Assembly: GCA_051362555.1 (NCBI GenBank)
Contig: CM120643.1
Span: 7,378,001 to 7,442,000, forward strand
DNA length: 64,000 nucleotides
Direction of reading: 5' to 3'
Origin: Lingula anatina
Taxonomy: Eukaryota; Animalia; Brachiopoda
This document shows positions 1-14,600 of this stretch, piece after piece. The position numbers and the translations under genes were made by a program. The notes below the pieces were generated by a model. It searched no databases. It was not told where the DNA came from and saw nothing but the letters and a program-made list of their open reading frames with translations. Numbering within the stretch: the first letter of the stretch is position 1; each line of letters opens with the position of its first letter.

Positions 1-430
1 TCTTATCTTAAAGTTAATACTGACATCAAACTGTTGATATGGTTTTCTGGGGGTGTTCCTTTCTTTTGAATGGCATCTTATGTCAGATTTGATATCATTG
101 ACCAAAATATCTCACAACAGAAGACTGGATGTTTTTATCACTCAGTGACATATTTTTTTAATGACTCAAGCCAAAAAATTAATCAGCACTCAAAAATAAC
201 AATGATAAAAAATATTCCATATTAAGTAGCAACCCTGTATGCTTAGGCTATATTAGATGCGCGTTAATTTTTTCTAAAACGTTCCAAATTTTTTTCCCAA
301 TTTCAAGTATATTTTCTCAATGCCTGGTAACGAAGGTGTTGCAATTGGCTTCCTAACAGAGTGCAGCTTTGTCGTGTTACGTGTAAAATATTTGATTGTG
401 CCCTATTAACATATCGTCTAGCTAATCATT

Positions 431-730
431 AGGGCCCGCTGGGAGGAGGGGGAGGGGTTAGTGATCACAATTCACGGCCGCGGAAAATATCATCAAATCA
501 CAAATTACAAATAACATAAATTGAATTAGAATTTTATTCATATCTCATTGAAAATGCGAGTCCGGCGAGCTGAAAATAACTATCATCGAGTAGGCCTATA
601 ATAACTTCGTTCCACTAAAAGGACGAGGGATAGAAACCCGCAATTCACGATTCCCAGGAATGGGGTGCTTCACATCTCGGGGAATGATAAGTGGCTGTTA
701 CGGGTTAGGAAAATACCCAACGGGGCCTTC
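431..730. mobile_element. Short non-autonomous inverted-repeat element (MITE-like); related copies at ~30871-31155 and ~50985-51240
   Basis: Imperfect terminal repeats agggcccgctggg...cccaacggggcctt. Internal motifs (aattcacg, ggtgcttcac) recur in the other two copies. Boundaries approximate. Confidence 0.5.
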
Positions 731-1372
731 AGTCCTTGTCTTAACTAAAATGAGGATTTAATCAATGTCTATAATATTTCAAAACATTATTTAAAGCAAC
801 TAAAATTAATGATCTGGAGAAAAAATACGTCACGAAGGATTTTCAGCTTTTAAAAGTAGCTGCAAGTTATTTGTTGCGTTATTTAAGATAAACATTCTAG
901 ACATTTTCTGAGACGTTAAATATTAAACTTGCTTCCAAACAAGTAGGCCTACCTTATTTTTCTAATTTATTGAAAATAAACTTATAGGCAAATGTGAGAT
1001 GGAGTTGCGAGTGACAGTAGAGAAGGTCTAAAAATGAGTCTGCATTTCGTGTTTTGAATATGATTAGCACAGTGCTGAGCTAACTTATGCAACAATTTTC
1101 GTGTGCATTTAAAGACTCATGATCACTAAAGGAAGAGCGAGAGACAAAATGTAGTTATTATTCATCTATACAACGTACCTCCGACCGTGTTGGGAGTTCG
1201 ACCCCCTTGAGGACTCAGATGATAGCTGTCGTCAATACTGCTTTTAAATAGCGTAACAAACGCGATCGTTCTTTGTTCTCATATCATAAACAGGAATCTT
1301 TCTTTAAAAAATTATTAAAGACATCCTAACATTTTATACATATCTGTGAATATCTAGTGAAAACTCCATCTG

Positions 1373-1375
<3 letters not shown>

Positions 1376-1404
<29 letters not shown>
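1376..1404. repeat. (CT)n microsatellite
   Basis: Directly visible. Confidence 0.95.
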
Positions 1405-1407
<3 letters not shown>

Positions 1408-2391
1408 GTCTCTGGCCGAATTCACAACCAGTTGATCCTCGGACCAGAATTTATGATAATTAACTGTTATGACTGATAAATGAAACTACATATTTTTCAT
1501 TCGCCCGCATCTTCCGTATCTTTAGGAAAAAAATATATTGAAAACGCATCTGTAAAGATTAACTCTGAAGAGATGAAAAAAATGCCCGAGCTTTCGGCTT
1601 GTGAATCTTCTTCAGGTACCAAAACAAGAATAAACAAGCAAACTACTGGTATAAGTGGCGTATGATACATGTAAAAGGGACACGAAGTTAGAAGTGCGTG
1701 ATAAAGGTTAACGTCTTGAAGATTACATAATAATAAAACAAGACTAATATTCGTTGAGATATTCATTGTCTCTATAAAGTCCTTTTTTGAAGTGTCTAAT
1801 ATTTTTATGAACTTCTTCTCGACAATCCGTCTTGGTTTTTGTGTCGCGTATGTGTCCATTTAAAATGGTGACTGTTTGTACTGTGGTGGTTCTTGATGCG
1901 AGTTTTAAGGGCGTAAGACAGCTTTTTTCTATCGTTTTCACTTTTAATTACTATTAGTTCTATTACTGTACATAGATACCAATTATCTGCGCTTTAAGCT
2001 TGTACTTTTTATTACAGATACAAGCAAGGCAAGCAAAAAGTCTCTGGCAGTGAATTGTGCACTGTTGCTGCTACCACTCCTACATAAAGTAGATATTGCA
2101 AACATACATCAGCACATGAATCAATAAGATATCAGACAACTTTCACGGAAAATAAACTGAAATTAAAGCTGGATATTCTTTTATTTATTATCATTTCGCA
2201 TTGACGTTAAATCTCGACACGTACGTCTTCATCACCATCATACTTCAGTCGCAGTCCGAAGCGACGACGTTCACACAGTGCACATCAAAACCATAAATAG
2301 GAGTCCTTACGTAGGAAACCACGCGCTAGAGAACGGGTTTAATTAAGGCATTCTTGTTGGCGGTATTGTCACTGATTTATAGAATCATGAA

Positions 2392-3083
2392 TAATTCACA
2401 ATGTGCTGTACATAAACTCCACACTGTTCAAAATGAAAATAGTTACTAGCCCAGGATGTATTAACTGCCATATGAAAGAAACAATGATACATCGTTTTGT
2501 GGAATGTGTACGCGCAAGAAACTTTTGGATTGCATTTGAAAACTGGTGGAACACTCCGAATAATACCATTCACTTTAGAAAAAATGAAAAAACTATAATG
2601 TATGGCTGTTTGTCTAGCGACCACTGCGCAAAAGCTTTAAATTTCTCTATTATTGTGGCTAAACAGTTTATAAACAAAAATTCAGAAAATCCATCAGTCT
2701 ATGATTTTGAACTGTTTCTGGATTTCCTCAGTCAAAAGAAGAAAATAGAAAAATACATTGCTATAAAGACAGGTAAAGAAGATTGGTTTAAAACAAAATG
2801 GAAACGCATTCCATTACCATAACGTGTTAAAATGTCCACCTCTAGTATGTTATAATGTTGCCGATATGTAGCACACAACAAGCATGTATACGTGTAGTAT
2901 GTATGGATGGATGAGTGAGTGAAAGTATTTCTATATATTTATGTTCTCTTTAATTTATCAGTATTTAATTACCGTAATTATCATCAGTACTATATGCATT
3001 TAATTTTTATCTGTTTAAATATTTCATTATATATGTATATTTTCTTTTTTTTTATTTGAGTGAATAAACGCATTAAAAAAAAA
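2392..3083 (+). mobile_element. 5'-truncated non-LTR retrotransposon (L1/Tx1-like ORF2 C-terminus, 3' UTR, poly-A)
   Basis: ORF 2403-2822 has a zf-RVT-type motif (C..C...ET..H.FVEC..ARNFW). AATAAA at 3063, poly-A to 3083. 13-bp TSD atagaatcatgaa at 2379-2391 and 3084-3096. Confidence 0.9.
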
Positions 3084-3586
3084 ATAGAATCATGAACAAA
3101 TCTGGATGACTCTATCTATAACAAAGTAATTACTACCTAAAAATAAAAAATTACTTTTCAGAATAATACAAGAAAAATTAATGAAAAGAACAAAGACAAA
3201 AATTTTTTAATTAAAAATGGAATCTGAACAACAAATACAGCTTCAAGCAAATGGAAATGAAAATAGAATATACACACCCTTGACTTTCGAGTTAAGCTAC
3301 AAATAATTTTTTAAATAATGTCGGTACCTTGTCAATGTATGGCAGGACTACGTGAACACCCTCCCCTACACATACACTAAACACACACACGCGCGCGCGC
3401 ACACACACACACACACAGGCTCATCGTCGAAGAGGGGGAGAACCAAATTCAATCATTGAAGTTGTACATCGGGTCACTATTTGTCCTAAGTAAATCATCA
3501 TAAAATAAACGAATCAGATCAAAATTACAATAAAGCGCGGAATGTGCAGACCAGCATAATCAACACCTGTGGGTTTGGATACAAAA

Positions 3587-5275
3587 CTGCTCTTCCCCGT
3601 TGCCAACGCTCTCAATTCAGTTCTATCTTTTAAAATAAAATGTTTATTGTATATAAAAAACGTATAAAACAACATACTTCAGTCGATAATCTAGCAGTGT
3701 TTGATACTGTGCATGAACCCAAATATGCTGTAGATGTAGCATTATCAAAATAGAAATACCATATCTTCTTGAACATGAAAAGTCACATTAGAATTCTCCC
3801 CCCCCCCCCATCCCACCAATACGCCTTATTTCTATTGATACCATACAAACTCACAAACTCAGCGTGTGTAGGGTTGTGAAAACTAAAGTAGATCAAAAGT
3901 TCACGGATAGGATATGCCATGTAAGGATTCATAGGGGAGATAGGTAATCTCCTTTTGCTCTTTTTTTTTAACCTGTCAATTTTGAGAAGAAATACAGTGA
4001 ATCGGTGTCTCTCATTGCACTTAGTCAATGTAAATTCAAATATGGAAAAAACATCTTTCCTTTATCACGTAATTCGTCAGATGTAATAAAATACAGCATT
4101 TCCCTAGAAAACCTTTACCCCCTCTTGTGAATGCAATGTGCCGTCTGCAGAGCTCAGCGTCTGCTACCTCGTTGGATGCTTCGCGGTTCCCGGGAGCTGA
4201 ACAGTTAACGCGGTCCAAAAAATTTTAGGGAGAGTCAAATGAAATATAGAGGGACCGTGGCATCTATAAAGTTCTACATGGTGAAGCTGGAGATGTGGGC
4301 TAGTTTTACTCTTTTCTTTCAAAGTTTGCAATATACTCTGGCTTTCAGTACCCGCATGCAACCAAAATATTTGCTGGTATCTTAATACATCTCCCACTTG
4401 TGTCTCCCCTCTAAAACGGTCCACACTAAAAAATCAATAATCGTATGGCATTTTTATACAGGCAATTGACCTACTTTTATACCCATGCAGCTATCGACGT
4501 GTTTTATGGCTGTGAAGTGAAAACGTGATACACGTCTGTGATATAAAAATTATTTCTAATTACATAATTTACAAACAGTGCATTTGGAATAAAGGTGTCC
4601 AGATTTGTGAGCAAAAGATGACATTGCTATTTGAAAATAATGAAAAAATTGGAGACAAGCCTAAATCAGAAAAAATGCATTTTTTTCTCTTATATGCAAA
4701 TTAGGTTCCTTGAAGTAATATAAGACTGGCCGGAAGTGATGTTCAGAGATTTGTAACGATGATGATCTTGATGGCCTTGATGATCTTAATGGTGGTTCAA
4801 AAAATATTATCAAAGTTTTCAGTTGTCATCTGGTGAGAAAGAAATTTTCTGCACTAACACAATCATTCCACGAGTGAAAAATAATTAGTAAACGCGCCTC
4901 AGAGATGCGCTGCAGACGTCACGGCTTTTGGGCGAAAATCACACGCGACATTTCGTCAAAAGTATTTGATATAGGTAAAAAAACTGTGATTGAAAATGGA
5001 TATCGGCAAAGCATTAAAATTTTGACAGTATCTCTGTTTCTTTGTGTTCGACAAGGATGAATTTAATTAGAATACCCCCTCTCTCTCTTTTTAAGCGAAT
5101 ATAAAGGAGAAAGCCGAGCGAAAAAAATAATGCGCATAACATATTATTAACAGTCAAAATATTCAGAAGTAAAAAAATTCAGAGTTAAAAATCTTGTTGG
5201 CCACTACAGTTCCTCTTCATAGAGGATCACATGCAAAATTTTAAGGCAACTTGTGGCCAATTGATATTGTAAAGT
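3587..5275. repeat. ~1.7-kb diverged direct repeat, copy 1 (copy 2 at ~32411-34080)
   Basis: Collinear similarity throughout, e.g. ctgctcttccccgtt, gcagagctcagcgtctgc, cccgggagctgaacagttaacgcggtcc, tatatgcaaattagg...ccggaagtga. Confidence 0.85.
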
Positions 5276-5826
5276 AAATGACTAACACTTTCACTAACTG
5301 CAGATAAAGATTATAACGGAATCAAACAAGTTAAAGGACAGGGAGTTATTGAGTGTTGCGCCGACTGACAACTCACAACGTAAATAACAACAATAACAAC
5401 AACAACAATCTACACGCAATATGGTAACGTGCATATCGGTAACGCAGTGGTGGATTTAGAGGTTTCTGAAAAATATATCGCACCAATATTCCCCTCTTGA
5501 AATTAGAATGTTGTCTAACCTTTGTATATTTTTTACTGGAAAATCTACTTATTGATATTATTCCATTTTTTCATAAAAATTATTTGTTTTTCTTATAAAA
5601 ATTAAAGTGAAAGGGAAAAGATTAGAGGGAGAAAAATTGAACATATACGCTTTCCCCCCACAAATATCCTTTATTACAGTGAAATAATGAAGAACATACA
5701 TACTATTGGCATGCATGTACCAAAAACAAAAAGATTTTCACTAGTATCTAAAAATGAAAATCAATAAATCTTCATACATAAAGAACAATGCACCACCTCC
5801 AAAAGAATTAACAAAATTTCAAGTAT

Positions 5827-8312
5827 TAGTCGAGTAGCCAGAACGCTAACCCTGCAATGTTTTTTCCTGCAAACTTTTTTTGCTGAAATGCATTCCTTAG
5901 GTTGAGAGAAGCAAAATTAGCTTGGTTGCTATTTCCGAGACATTGAGCATTTTTCAATATGGCCGTCAATTTATGAGGAAAAACGACCAGAAGTCACCGG
6001 GTAAACTTCATTGACAGCTTTTTTGAACGTGTATTCAGGAGAGTCAGGAGAGCACAACAGTGCTAGTGAATACACTTAAGCCCGTTACATATAGCAGAAA
6101 AGCCAAAATGGCCGTCAAAACATATGACAGAAAGTTAAAAAAGCTTATCCTTTTTTTTTTTTGTAAACTTTTAAAATATTTTAACACCTATGGGTAAAGG
6201 CATTTTTGTTGTTTAATAATGAATTTTATTATAAATAATCCAAGCAGGGGTATACAAACCCAGCGGTTAGGGCCCATGAGGTCAGCTATTCTTGATGTGA
6301 CATAGTTCAGGGATATGCGAGGGCTACCCATCGACATCATGTATTTGAAATGTTATTTTTGCCAATATATACTTACAGATAATGGAAGCTTTGAGATAGG
6401 AATGTATGCATTTTCTACTTGTATTTTAGATATAATCAGGAACCTGGTTGAATGCCACAACATGCCAGGCTCTGTTAGCGATATACCGTTCACATTTGGT
6501 ACAAATGATCCAAGTGTATCTGGAGTCCAAAGGGTGATTGTCCTACCCCGGCCTGTCTATTCTCCGGATATGAATCCGATTGAACACTTATGGTACTACA
6601 TATATCTTGGTCGTCCGTTGGCCAAGGCAGCAACTGATCCAGGCACTACGACAAGGCTGGAATAGGATTCCGCACGACACCATCCCATCCAATTTGCCCG
6701 AGCATGCGCCAACAGATCGCCGCCTGCATCGAAACAAGCGGAGATTGTACCCGCTATTGACCGTTGTGACTTTGTGTTGGGCTGGTACCATTTTTGTTTT
6801 GAAACTATTCATGAAACTTAAGATTTTTGGTTCTGTATACCAATGTCCTAAGCAAATGATTTATATGAAAATAATCCAGTTTACAGCTTCAAAATAACAA
6901 TTATTTTGAAAAATATGGCCTCCAAGATTTTAATGGCTGTCAGCATATAACCAAAAGATTTGTAAGATGTTTTGTTTATTGACTCAAAAAAATGTAAAGT
7001 GAAAAAAGTGCAGTAATAAGAAAAATTAGAAATGCTGTTATATACTGATGAATTATTCTTACCCGTGCCAATCTCAATAAAAGAATGGAAAGTTTTAAAG
7101 CTACATTTTATGTACATACTGAAAAAAATACGATAAAGATATAAAATCAAAATATTAAGGTATGATCAACATAAAAACAAAAACGAAAAAAATACAAGGT
7201 TAATATTTTGACAAAAGTTCAATTAAATTACATTCCCCTCCCCACCCCCCGTCCCCACCAACTTGGTTGGACTCCATGTAAATGAGTCCCGATTTTGGAC
7301 TCCCTGTGCCCAAATTCCTGCAGAACCTGTTGGCCCTTGATAAACTTTTCCATCAGATTGAGCCTGTATTAAAAAGAGAACTTACGTAATGGTCAGCCCT
7401 ATCAATGATCCTCTTTTATAAAGTCTGAGTATAACTGTACCTTTCAAATACACTTTGTCAATAAATAAAATGGTTTGATATATATTATACGCTGAATTGT
7501 CAGTTAAAAACGTAATTTAACTGATTTTTTTTTTACCTTTTTGGGCATGTTTTAGTGGTCATTTGAAATGCAGAATACCATGCACTTTAAACCCGACTCT
7601 TTGCTATGTTACATAATTATCTATTTATAATATAATGATATTATATTTTTTTATATCATTGATGGCCATTTTGAATTTAGAAAATTGATCAATGTGCCGT
7701 ATGTAGCCACTGCCAAGAAAGCCCAAATTAAATGAGCTTTTATACCCCTAAAGTATTAAATTCTTTTAAAAATTTCAGGGAATAACATTCTAAGTATTTG
7801 ACTATGGGACCCGGGGAAGTAGCAAACAGACTCTTGGGTGGGGGTTATTGAACTGTCATATAATCTTATTCCAAGAGTTTAGGGTCATGACTAACAAAAT
7901 ATTATAATTAACATAAATATAAAAGGGGATATGGTTTTAATAAAACTAAATATGCAAAAAAACAAACTGATTCTGCAGCTTTTATCATTTTCTGCCTTAC
8001 GTTTTGACGGCCATTTTGGTTTTTTGCTAAGTGGTACGCGATTTAGCTTATTCACTAGTACTGTTGTGCTCTCCTGATAGAATACATGTTCAAAAAAAGC
8101 TGTCAATAAAGTTTACCCGGCGACTTCTGGTCATTTTTCTATTTTTCCTCATAAATTGAAGGCCATATTGAAATATGCTCAAGGTCTTGGAAATAGCAAC
8201 CAAGCTAATTTTGCTTCTCTTAGCCTGAAGAATTCATTTCAGCAAAAACAGTTTACAGGAAAGAACATTGCAGGGTTGGACTATTGGGCCTATGGGGGTG
8301 GCGACTCGACTA
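5827..8312. mobile_element. Non-autonomous DNA transposon with long TIRs, Academ-like (TAG...CTA termini, 3-bp TSD)
   Basis: Termini tagtcgagt...actcgacta. About 320 bp of imperfect TIR (5827-6145 vs ~7975-8312). TSD tat at 5824-5826 and 8313-8315. Confidence 0.8.
6520..6839 (+). pseudogene. Tc1-family transposase C-terminal fragment inside the Academ-like element
   Basis: PVYSPDMNPIEHLW matches the Tc1 SPDLNPIE.LW motif. A frameshifted continuation reads QQLIQALRQGWNRIP. Confidence 0.8.
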
Positions 8313-8567
8313 TATGACATTACAGTATGGACAGACCTCTATTCAAACAAATAAAAAATACATCAATACAACAATTTTAAATATCTAATTTCCTTGATCT
8401 GAAAACAGTAAAGGAACGAATCTGACAAACTACACTGATATCATTTCATTTCCATTTCTTATTCTTTATTTCACAATACATGCTAACAGATTTACCATCA
8501 TTTTAATATAAACAACTAACAAAATTGTTAAGTTGCAAAAAAATGTCAAAAGAACATTTACATACGC

Positions 8568-8840
8568 AACTAAAAAAGCACTCGGAGAGCGCAGACCTCT
8601 GCCACTAGTAAAGTCTCTACCCAATGCCGTTTCACTCCTAAATTTTCATTCTATAATGATTAAGTTTTTTTATTTTTGATTATTAATTGATCTGGATCAC
8701 CACCAAAAACTATTCATCTGTTCTTTGGCCCACTTCTGACAGTTCCTGAAAATTTCATCAAAATCGGTCCATAGCTTTTTGAGTTACGTGGATGACAGAC
8801 ATACAGGGGTGAAAACATAACCTTCTGGGCGGAGGTAATT
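8568..8840. mobile_element. Short Helentron/DINE-1-like (HINE) non-autonomous element
   Basis: Starts aactaaaaagcactcggagagcgcagacctctgcc. Has gacagaca microsatellite and ends in a hairpin-like ataaccttc...ggcggaggtaat. Confidence 0.55.
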
Positions 8841-11698
8841 AGTTCAATAATGAGACGGTTAACATGCCAAAGAATTGAAAATAGCATAGGTGACAGCAAT
8901 GTACAGACATGGCTGAAAATCATATTTAAGTGAATGTTGCAATGGTGTGGGACAAATTTTCTTCCAGCCTTCTTAAAGCTTTTATATTTGCACAACATTA
9001 ATAAAATTTCCATCTGAGGAAGTCTATACAAATGTCACATGACATACAGTTTAAAGCCAGAAGGAAAAAGCATTATTATGTCTTGTATATTGTAAAATTA
9101 AAATTTATCTTCTACCCTTTTCTGAACCAAGACAGCAGTTCTTGGAATGTTGAGTACACCAAGCAAGCCAACACAGATGTATTTCTAGGATAAAGTATTA
9201 AAACAAACTGCAAAGTGCTGTTTTTGATTTTCATCTGGATTCTTAATTTCAACTCCGCTGTTACATTAACTAGGCTGTATCATTTTCCTCACATTTTTAA
9301 ATACAACAAAAATATCATTATTACGGGTCAGATTATACTTGTCATGGAACTTTTTCCTTGGTTGTATTTGCCTTAGCACTTCTTTTAATTCAGTCCCTTA
9401 ATCCAGTTAATATATGTGCTAACTACTATGTAACAATACAGTCTCATGGTTATGTCTTGCAATCTGTAAAGCCTACAGATTAATCAAGATTTTAAAAATC
9501 TGTCAACTGATTTCTTATTGTTAAATTAGCAACAAATAAACCAAATATTGGTATGAGAGTTCTTTGAGGAATATTTTATGTGCAAGCATGTGGGCTAAAG
9601 TTTCTGCAAACAGAACATCAGCACAAACACTATATTCAAACAGGAGGACTGACTCTTTAATAGCGTAACATTTTATCTGGAATTGGAAAGCTTCACCCAT
9701 AAAACAACAAATATATTATATGGGTTTAATATAACATTTCATAATAAAGTTCCATCATAACTACCAACATCTATTCTGCTTTGTGCGAGACATATTTCCT
9801 CTCGACACATGGATAAGACAAAGTGCTGCTCTTGGTGCTGTCTTTCGCTGCCTGCATTTTCATGGTAAGGGTACTCTAAAAAAGAATATAACAGAAAAAA
9901 CTGAAAATTACATTGGAAAGACTAGCAAATCCAAGGACTTAAAATAGTTAAACGTTAATAATTTTGTCAAATCTTGTCTAATATTTCTGAAATTTGTACA
10001 AATGATGCTTAACAATAATAAAAATCTGTGATTAGATGATCTGTTGACTGTATCTAATGAAAAGTGTTTTTTGGGACAACATATTTAGGACAACTGAAAT
10101 TTACATTGAAAAGACTGGCAAATCCCAAGACTTAAAATAGTTAAATGTTAATAATTTTGTCAAATCTAATCCAGTGTTTCTGAAATTTGTACAAATGATG
10201 CTTAACAACAATAAAAACCTGTGATAAACTGATCAAATGACTGTGTCTAATGAAAAGCATCTTCTTTCGACAATATCCTTGAAAAAAACTGAAAATTACA
10301 CTGAAAAATCTGGCAAATTCCATGGCTTAAAATAGTTAAATGTTAATAATTTTGCAATGTGATTATAAAATAAAATAGCAAATGTGATGATTTGAGGTTG
10401 TTTGTGTAGGAGGTTGCAAATTACCTATAACTGTTATCTGAAAAACAATATATACCCATACAAGGCTTCTCCTTACTATCAATGCCAGATGCAGATTACT
10501 CCTTACAATGGGTTTCTGGAATGGGTTGCTGTTAGCACAACATTTGACAATGTCCTAAATCTCGCCACATATCATGTATTGTACACATGGATAAGACATA
10601 GTGCTGCTCTTGGTGCTGTCTTTCACTGCCTGCCTTTTCATGGTAAGGGTACTCTGGAAAAAGAAAAATATAACTGAAAAATCTGAAAATTACATTAAAA
10701 AGACTGGCAAATGCAATGCCTTTAAATAGTTAAACGGAAATAATTTTGTCAAATCTAGTCCAATATTTCTGAAATTTGTAAAAATGATGCTTAACAACAA
10801 TAAAAATCTGTGATAAGATGATCTGTTGACTGTATTTAATGAAAAGTGTTTTTGGGGACAATATATTTGGGAAAACTGAAATTTACATTGAAAAGACTGG
10901 CAAATCCCAGGACTTAAAATAGTTAAATGATAATAATTTTGTCAAATCTTGTCCAATATTTTATGAAAATTGTACAAATGATGCTTAACAACAATAAAAA
11001 TCTTTGATAAGCTGATCAAATGACTGTGTCTAATGAAAAGTGTTTTTTTGGACAACATATTTGGGACAACTGAAATTTACATTGAGAAGACTGGCAAAAC
11101 ACAGGAATTTAAAATAGTTAAACGTTAATAATTTTGTCAAATCTTGTCCAGTGTTTCTGAAATTTGTACAAATGATTCTTAACAACAATAAAAATCTGTG
11201 ATAAGCTGATCAAATGACTGTGTTTATTGAAAAGTATCTTCTTGCGACAATATCTTTGAAAAACTGAAAATTACATTGAAAACACTGGCAAATTTAATGG
11301 CTTAAAATAGTTAAATGTTAATAATTTTGTAATGAGATTATAAAATAAAATAGCAAATGTGATGACTTGAGGTTGTTTGTGTAAGAGGTTGCAAATTACC
11401 TATAACTGTTATCTGGAAAACAATATATACCCATACAAGACTTCTCCTTACTATCAATGCCAGATGCAGATAACTCCTTACAATGGGTTTCTGGAATGGG
11501 TTGTTGTTATCACAATATTTGACAATGTCCTTATTCTTGCTACATATCATGTATTGTACACATGGATAAGACATAGCGCTGCTCTTGGTGCTGTCTTTCA
11601 GTGCCTGCCTTTTCATGGTAATGGTACTCTGGAAAAAAGAACAATATAACTGAAAAAACTGAAAATTATATTGTAAAGACTGGCAAATGCAATGACTT

Positions 11699-14600
11699 AC
11701 AAGGCAGCAAAGCTGTCAAATGTACAGACAAAAAGCAGGAAATAACTATGCACAAATTAGGCTACTGTCAATTCTGATGCAAAAGTACATTATGTTAAAC
11801 TGCAAATTCAACCTCAAGTTTTAATTATACTCAACAGGTAATACCAATGTAATTAAAATGTGTAACAAGCATAAGGCTTCAGGCCCATGGGATTTCAAGT
11901 TCACACTTTGCAAATATATAATTTCCAGAAAAAAAGCCAATGAGACTGCTTTTTCCAACTCAGGCTGCATTTTAGTCCTGTATTTCTTTTTTAAAAGTTT
12001 TGCAATCATAAGTAACATGGTTTTCCCATAATGGTCATCATAACAGCAGCACCCAAAATTGTGTTTTCTTTTATTCTGATGCAAATATAACATAATGGTT
12101 AACCGTCAATTTTTAATAATAAAATATACGTATCATGGATTTTCAGAAAATGTGACTAGCATGGGTCTTCATGAAACTTCAAAGTCACAACTTGAAAATG
12201 CCAAAATGGCCTATCTGTTTTTCTTATATTGTGTTTACAGTGTTGCATATATGCTGAAAAGTGAAAAAAAAGCATAACTACTAAAATAGTGGCCCAATCA
12301 TGCTGATTTTCAAATTTGACCTGTGTTTTAGTAAGATCGATTACTCCTGTGAGTTTCATGACAACAAGCCTATCGGTTTTCCTTGAAATGTGTTTACAGT
12401 GTTGCATATATGCTGAAAAGTGAAAAAACAACATAACTTCTACAATAATGGCCCGATCATGCTGATTTTCGAACTTGAACTGCGTTTTATGAATATTCAT
12501 CAGCTCTGTAAATATACAGCCAAAAAGTAAAACTGCCTTCTACTTATCGTGTTTACAATGAAAGTGCACGGCGCTGGCAACAGCGACAGTGACGACGGCG
12601 ATGACAGACACAGGTGATGGCAATATGTACAGACACATCTGTACATAGTTACTGTACAGTTTGAGAACAGTAAGTGACATGGTTTTTCTTAAATGGTCAT
12701 CATGGGTGCAGTACCCAAAATGGGTTTTTTCAAATTTTGATGCAATATTACATAATGTTAAACAGCATAATGACCATCAATTTTTAATAATAAAATATTA
12801 GTATCATGGATATTCAGAAAATGTGACTAGCAAAGGTCTTCAGGCCCATGGAATTTCGAAGTCACAACTTGAAAATGCCAAAATGTAAACAAGACAGCAC
12901 TGTTCTGAAATGTTTTTTTTTTTCCATTTTTAATTTTTTTAACATAAAACAAAATTAACAGGTTACTGCCATTTTTATACGATCAACTAAGGAAATTGAT
13001 AAGATGGGAAAAATATCAATACAACAGTGTTAAATGTCCAATTTCCTCCATTCTGAAATTCTGAACATAGTGAATGATTGAATCTGACAAACTGCAATGA
13101 TATGAGTTTATTTCCATTTTTGAAACTTTATTACACAATACACGATAACAAGTTTACCATCATTTTTACATAATCAACTAATAATGTTGTAAAGATGCAG
13201 GAAATGTCAACCAAACACTTTTACATGTCTTATTAGTTAAATAATGAGACTGTTAACATGCCTAAGAATTGAATCTGAGGAAATGTGAAACAAGACAGCT
13301 CTGTTCTGTCATGGGTTTATTTCCATTTTTAACACTTTTTTTAACATAAAACAAAATAAACAGTTTACTGCAATTTTTATACAATCAAATAAGAAAATTG
13401 ATGAGATGGGGAAAATATCAATAGAATAGTGTTAAATGTCTAATTTCCTCCATTCTGAGATTCTGAACATGGTGAATGATTGAATCTGACAAACTACAAT
13501 GATATGAGTTTATTTCCATTTTTGACACTTTATTACACAATACACGATAACAAGTTTACCATTATTTTTACATAATCAACTAACAATGTTGTAAAGATGC
13601 AGGAAATGTCAAACAAACACTTTTACGTATCTTATTAGTTCAATAATGAGACTGTTAACGTGCCTAAGAGTTGAATCTGAGGAAATGTGAAAAAACAGCA
13701 TAACTTCTAAAATAATGCCCCGATTATGCTGATTTTCGAACTCAACCTGCGTTTTAGTAAGATTGACCACTCCTGTGAGTTTAATGACAAATGGCTTATC
13801 TGTTTTTCTTATATTGTGTTTACAGTGTTGCATATATGCTGAAATATGAAAAAAACAGCATAACTACTAAAATAGTGGCCCGATCATGTCGATTTTCGAA
13901 CTTGACCTGCGTTTTAGCAAGATTGACCACTCCTGTGAGTTTCATGACAACAGGCCTAACTGTTTTCCTTAAAATGTGTTTACAGGGTTGCATATATGCT
14001 GAAAAGTGAAAAAACAACATAACTTCTACAATAATGGCCCGATCATGCTGATTTTCGAACTTGAACTGCGTTTTATGAATATTCATCAGCTCTGTAAATA
14101 TACAGCCAAAAAGTAAAACTGCCTTCTACTTATCGTGTTTACAATGAAAGTGCACGGCGCTGGCAACAGCGACAGTGACGACGGCGATGACAGACACAGG
14201 TGATGGCAATATGTACAGACACATCTGTACATAGTTACTGTACAGTTTGAGAACAGTAAGTGACATGGTTTTTCTTAAATGGTCATCATGGGTGCAGTAC
14301 CCAAAATGGGTTTTTTCAAATTTTGATGCAATATTACATAATGTTAAACAGCATAATGACCATCAATTTTTAATAATAAAATATTAGTATCATGGATATT
14401 CAGAAAATGTGACTAGCAAAGGTCTTCAGGCCCATGGAATTTCGAAGTCACAACTTGAAAATGCCAAAATGTAAACAAGACAGCACTGTTCTGAAATGTT
14501 TTTTTTTTTCCATTTTTAATTTTTTTAACATAAAACAAAATTAACAGGTTACTGCCATTTTTATACGATCAACTAAGGAAATTGATAAGATGGGAAAAAT

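Noticed and set aside
1170-1270. tRNA or tRNA-derived SINE (B-box-like gttcgacccc)
   Set aside because: No A-box or cloverleaf is evident; too little evidence.
1497-1941. Minus-strand ORFs as a GPCR TM6-TM7 remnant
   Set aside because: Hydrophobic stretches are present, but there is no diagnostic motif or splice model I can support.
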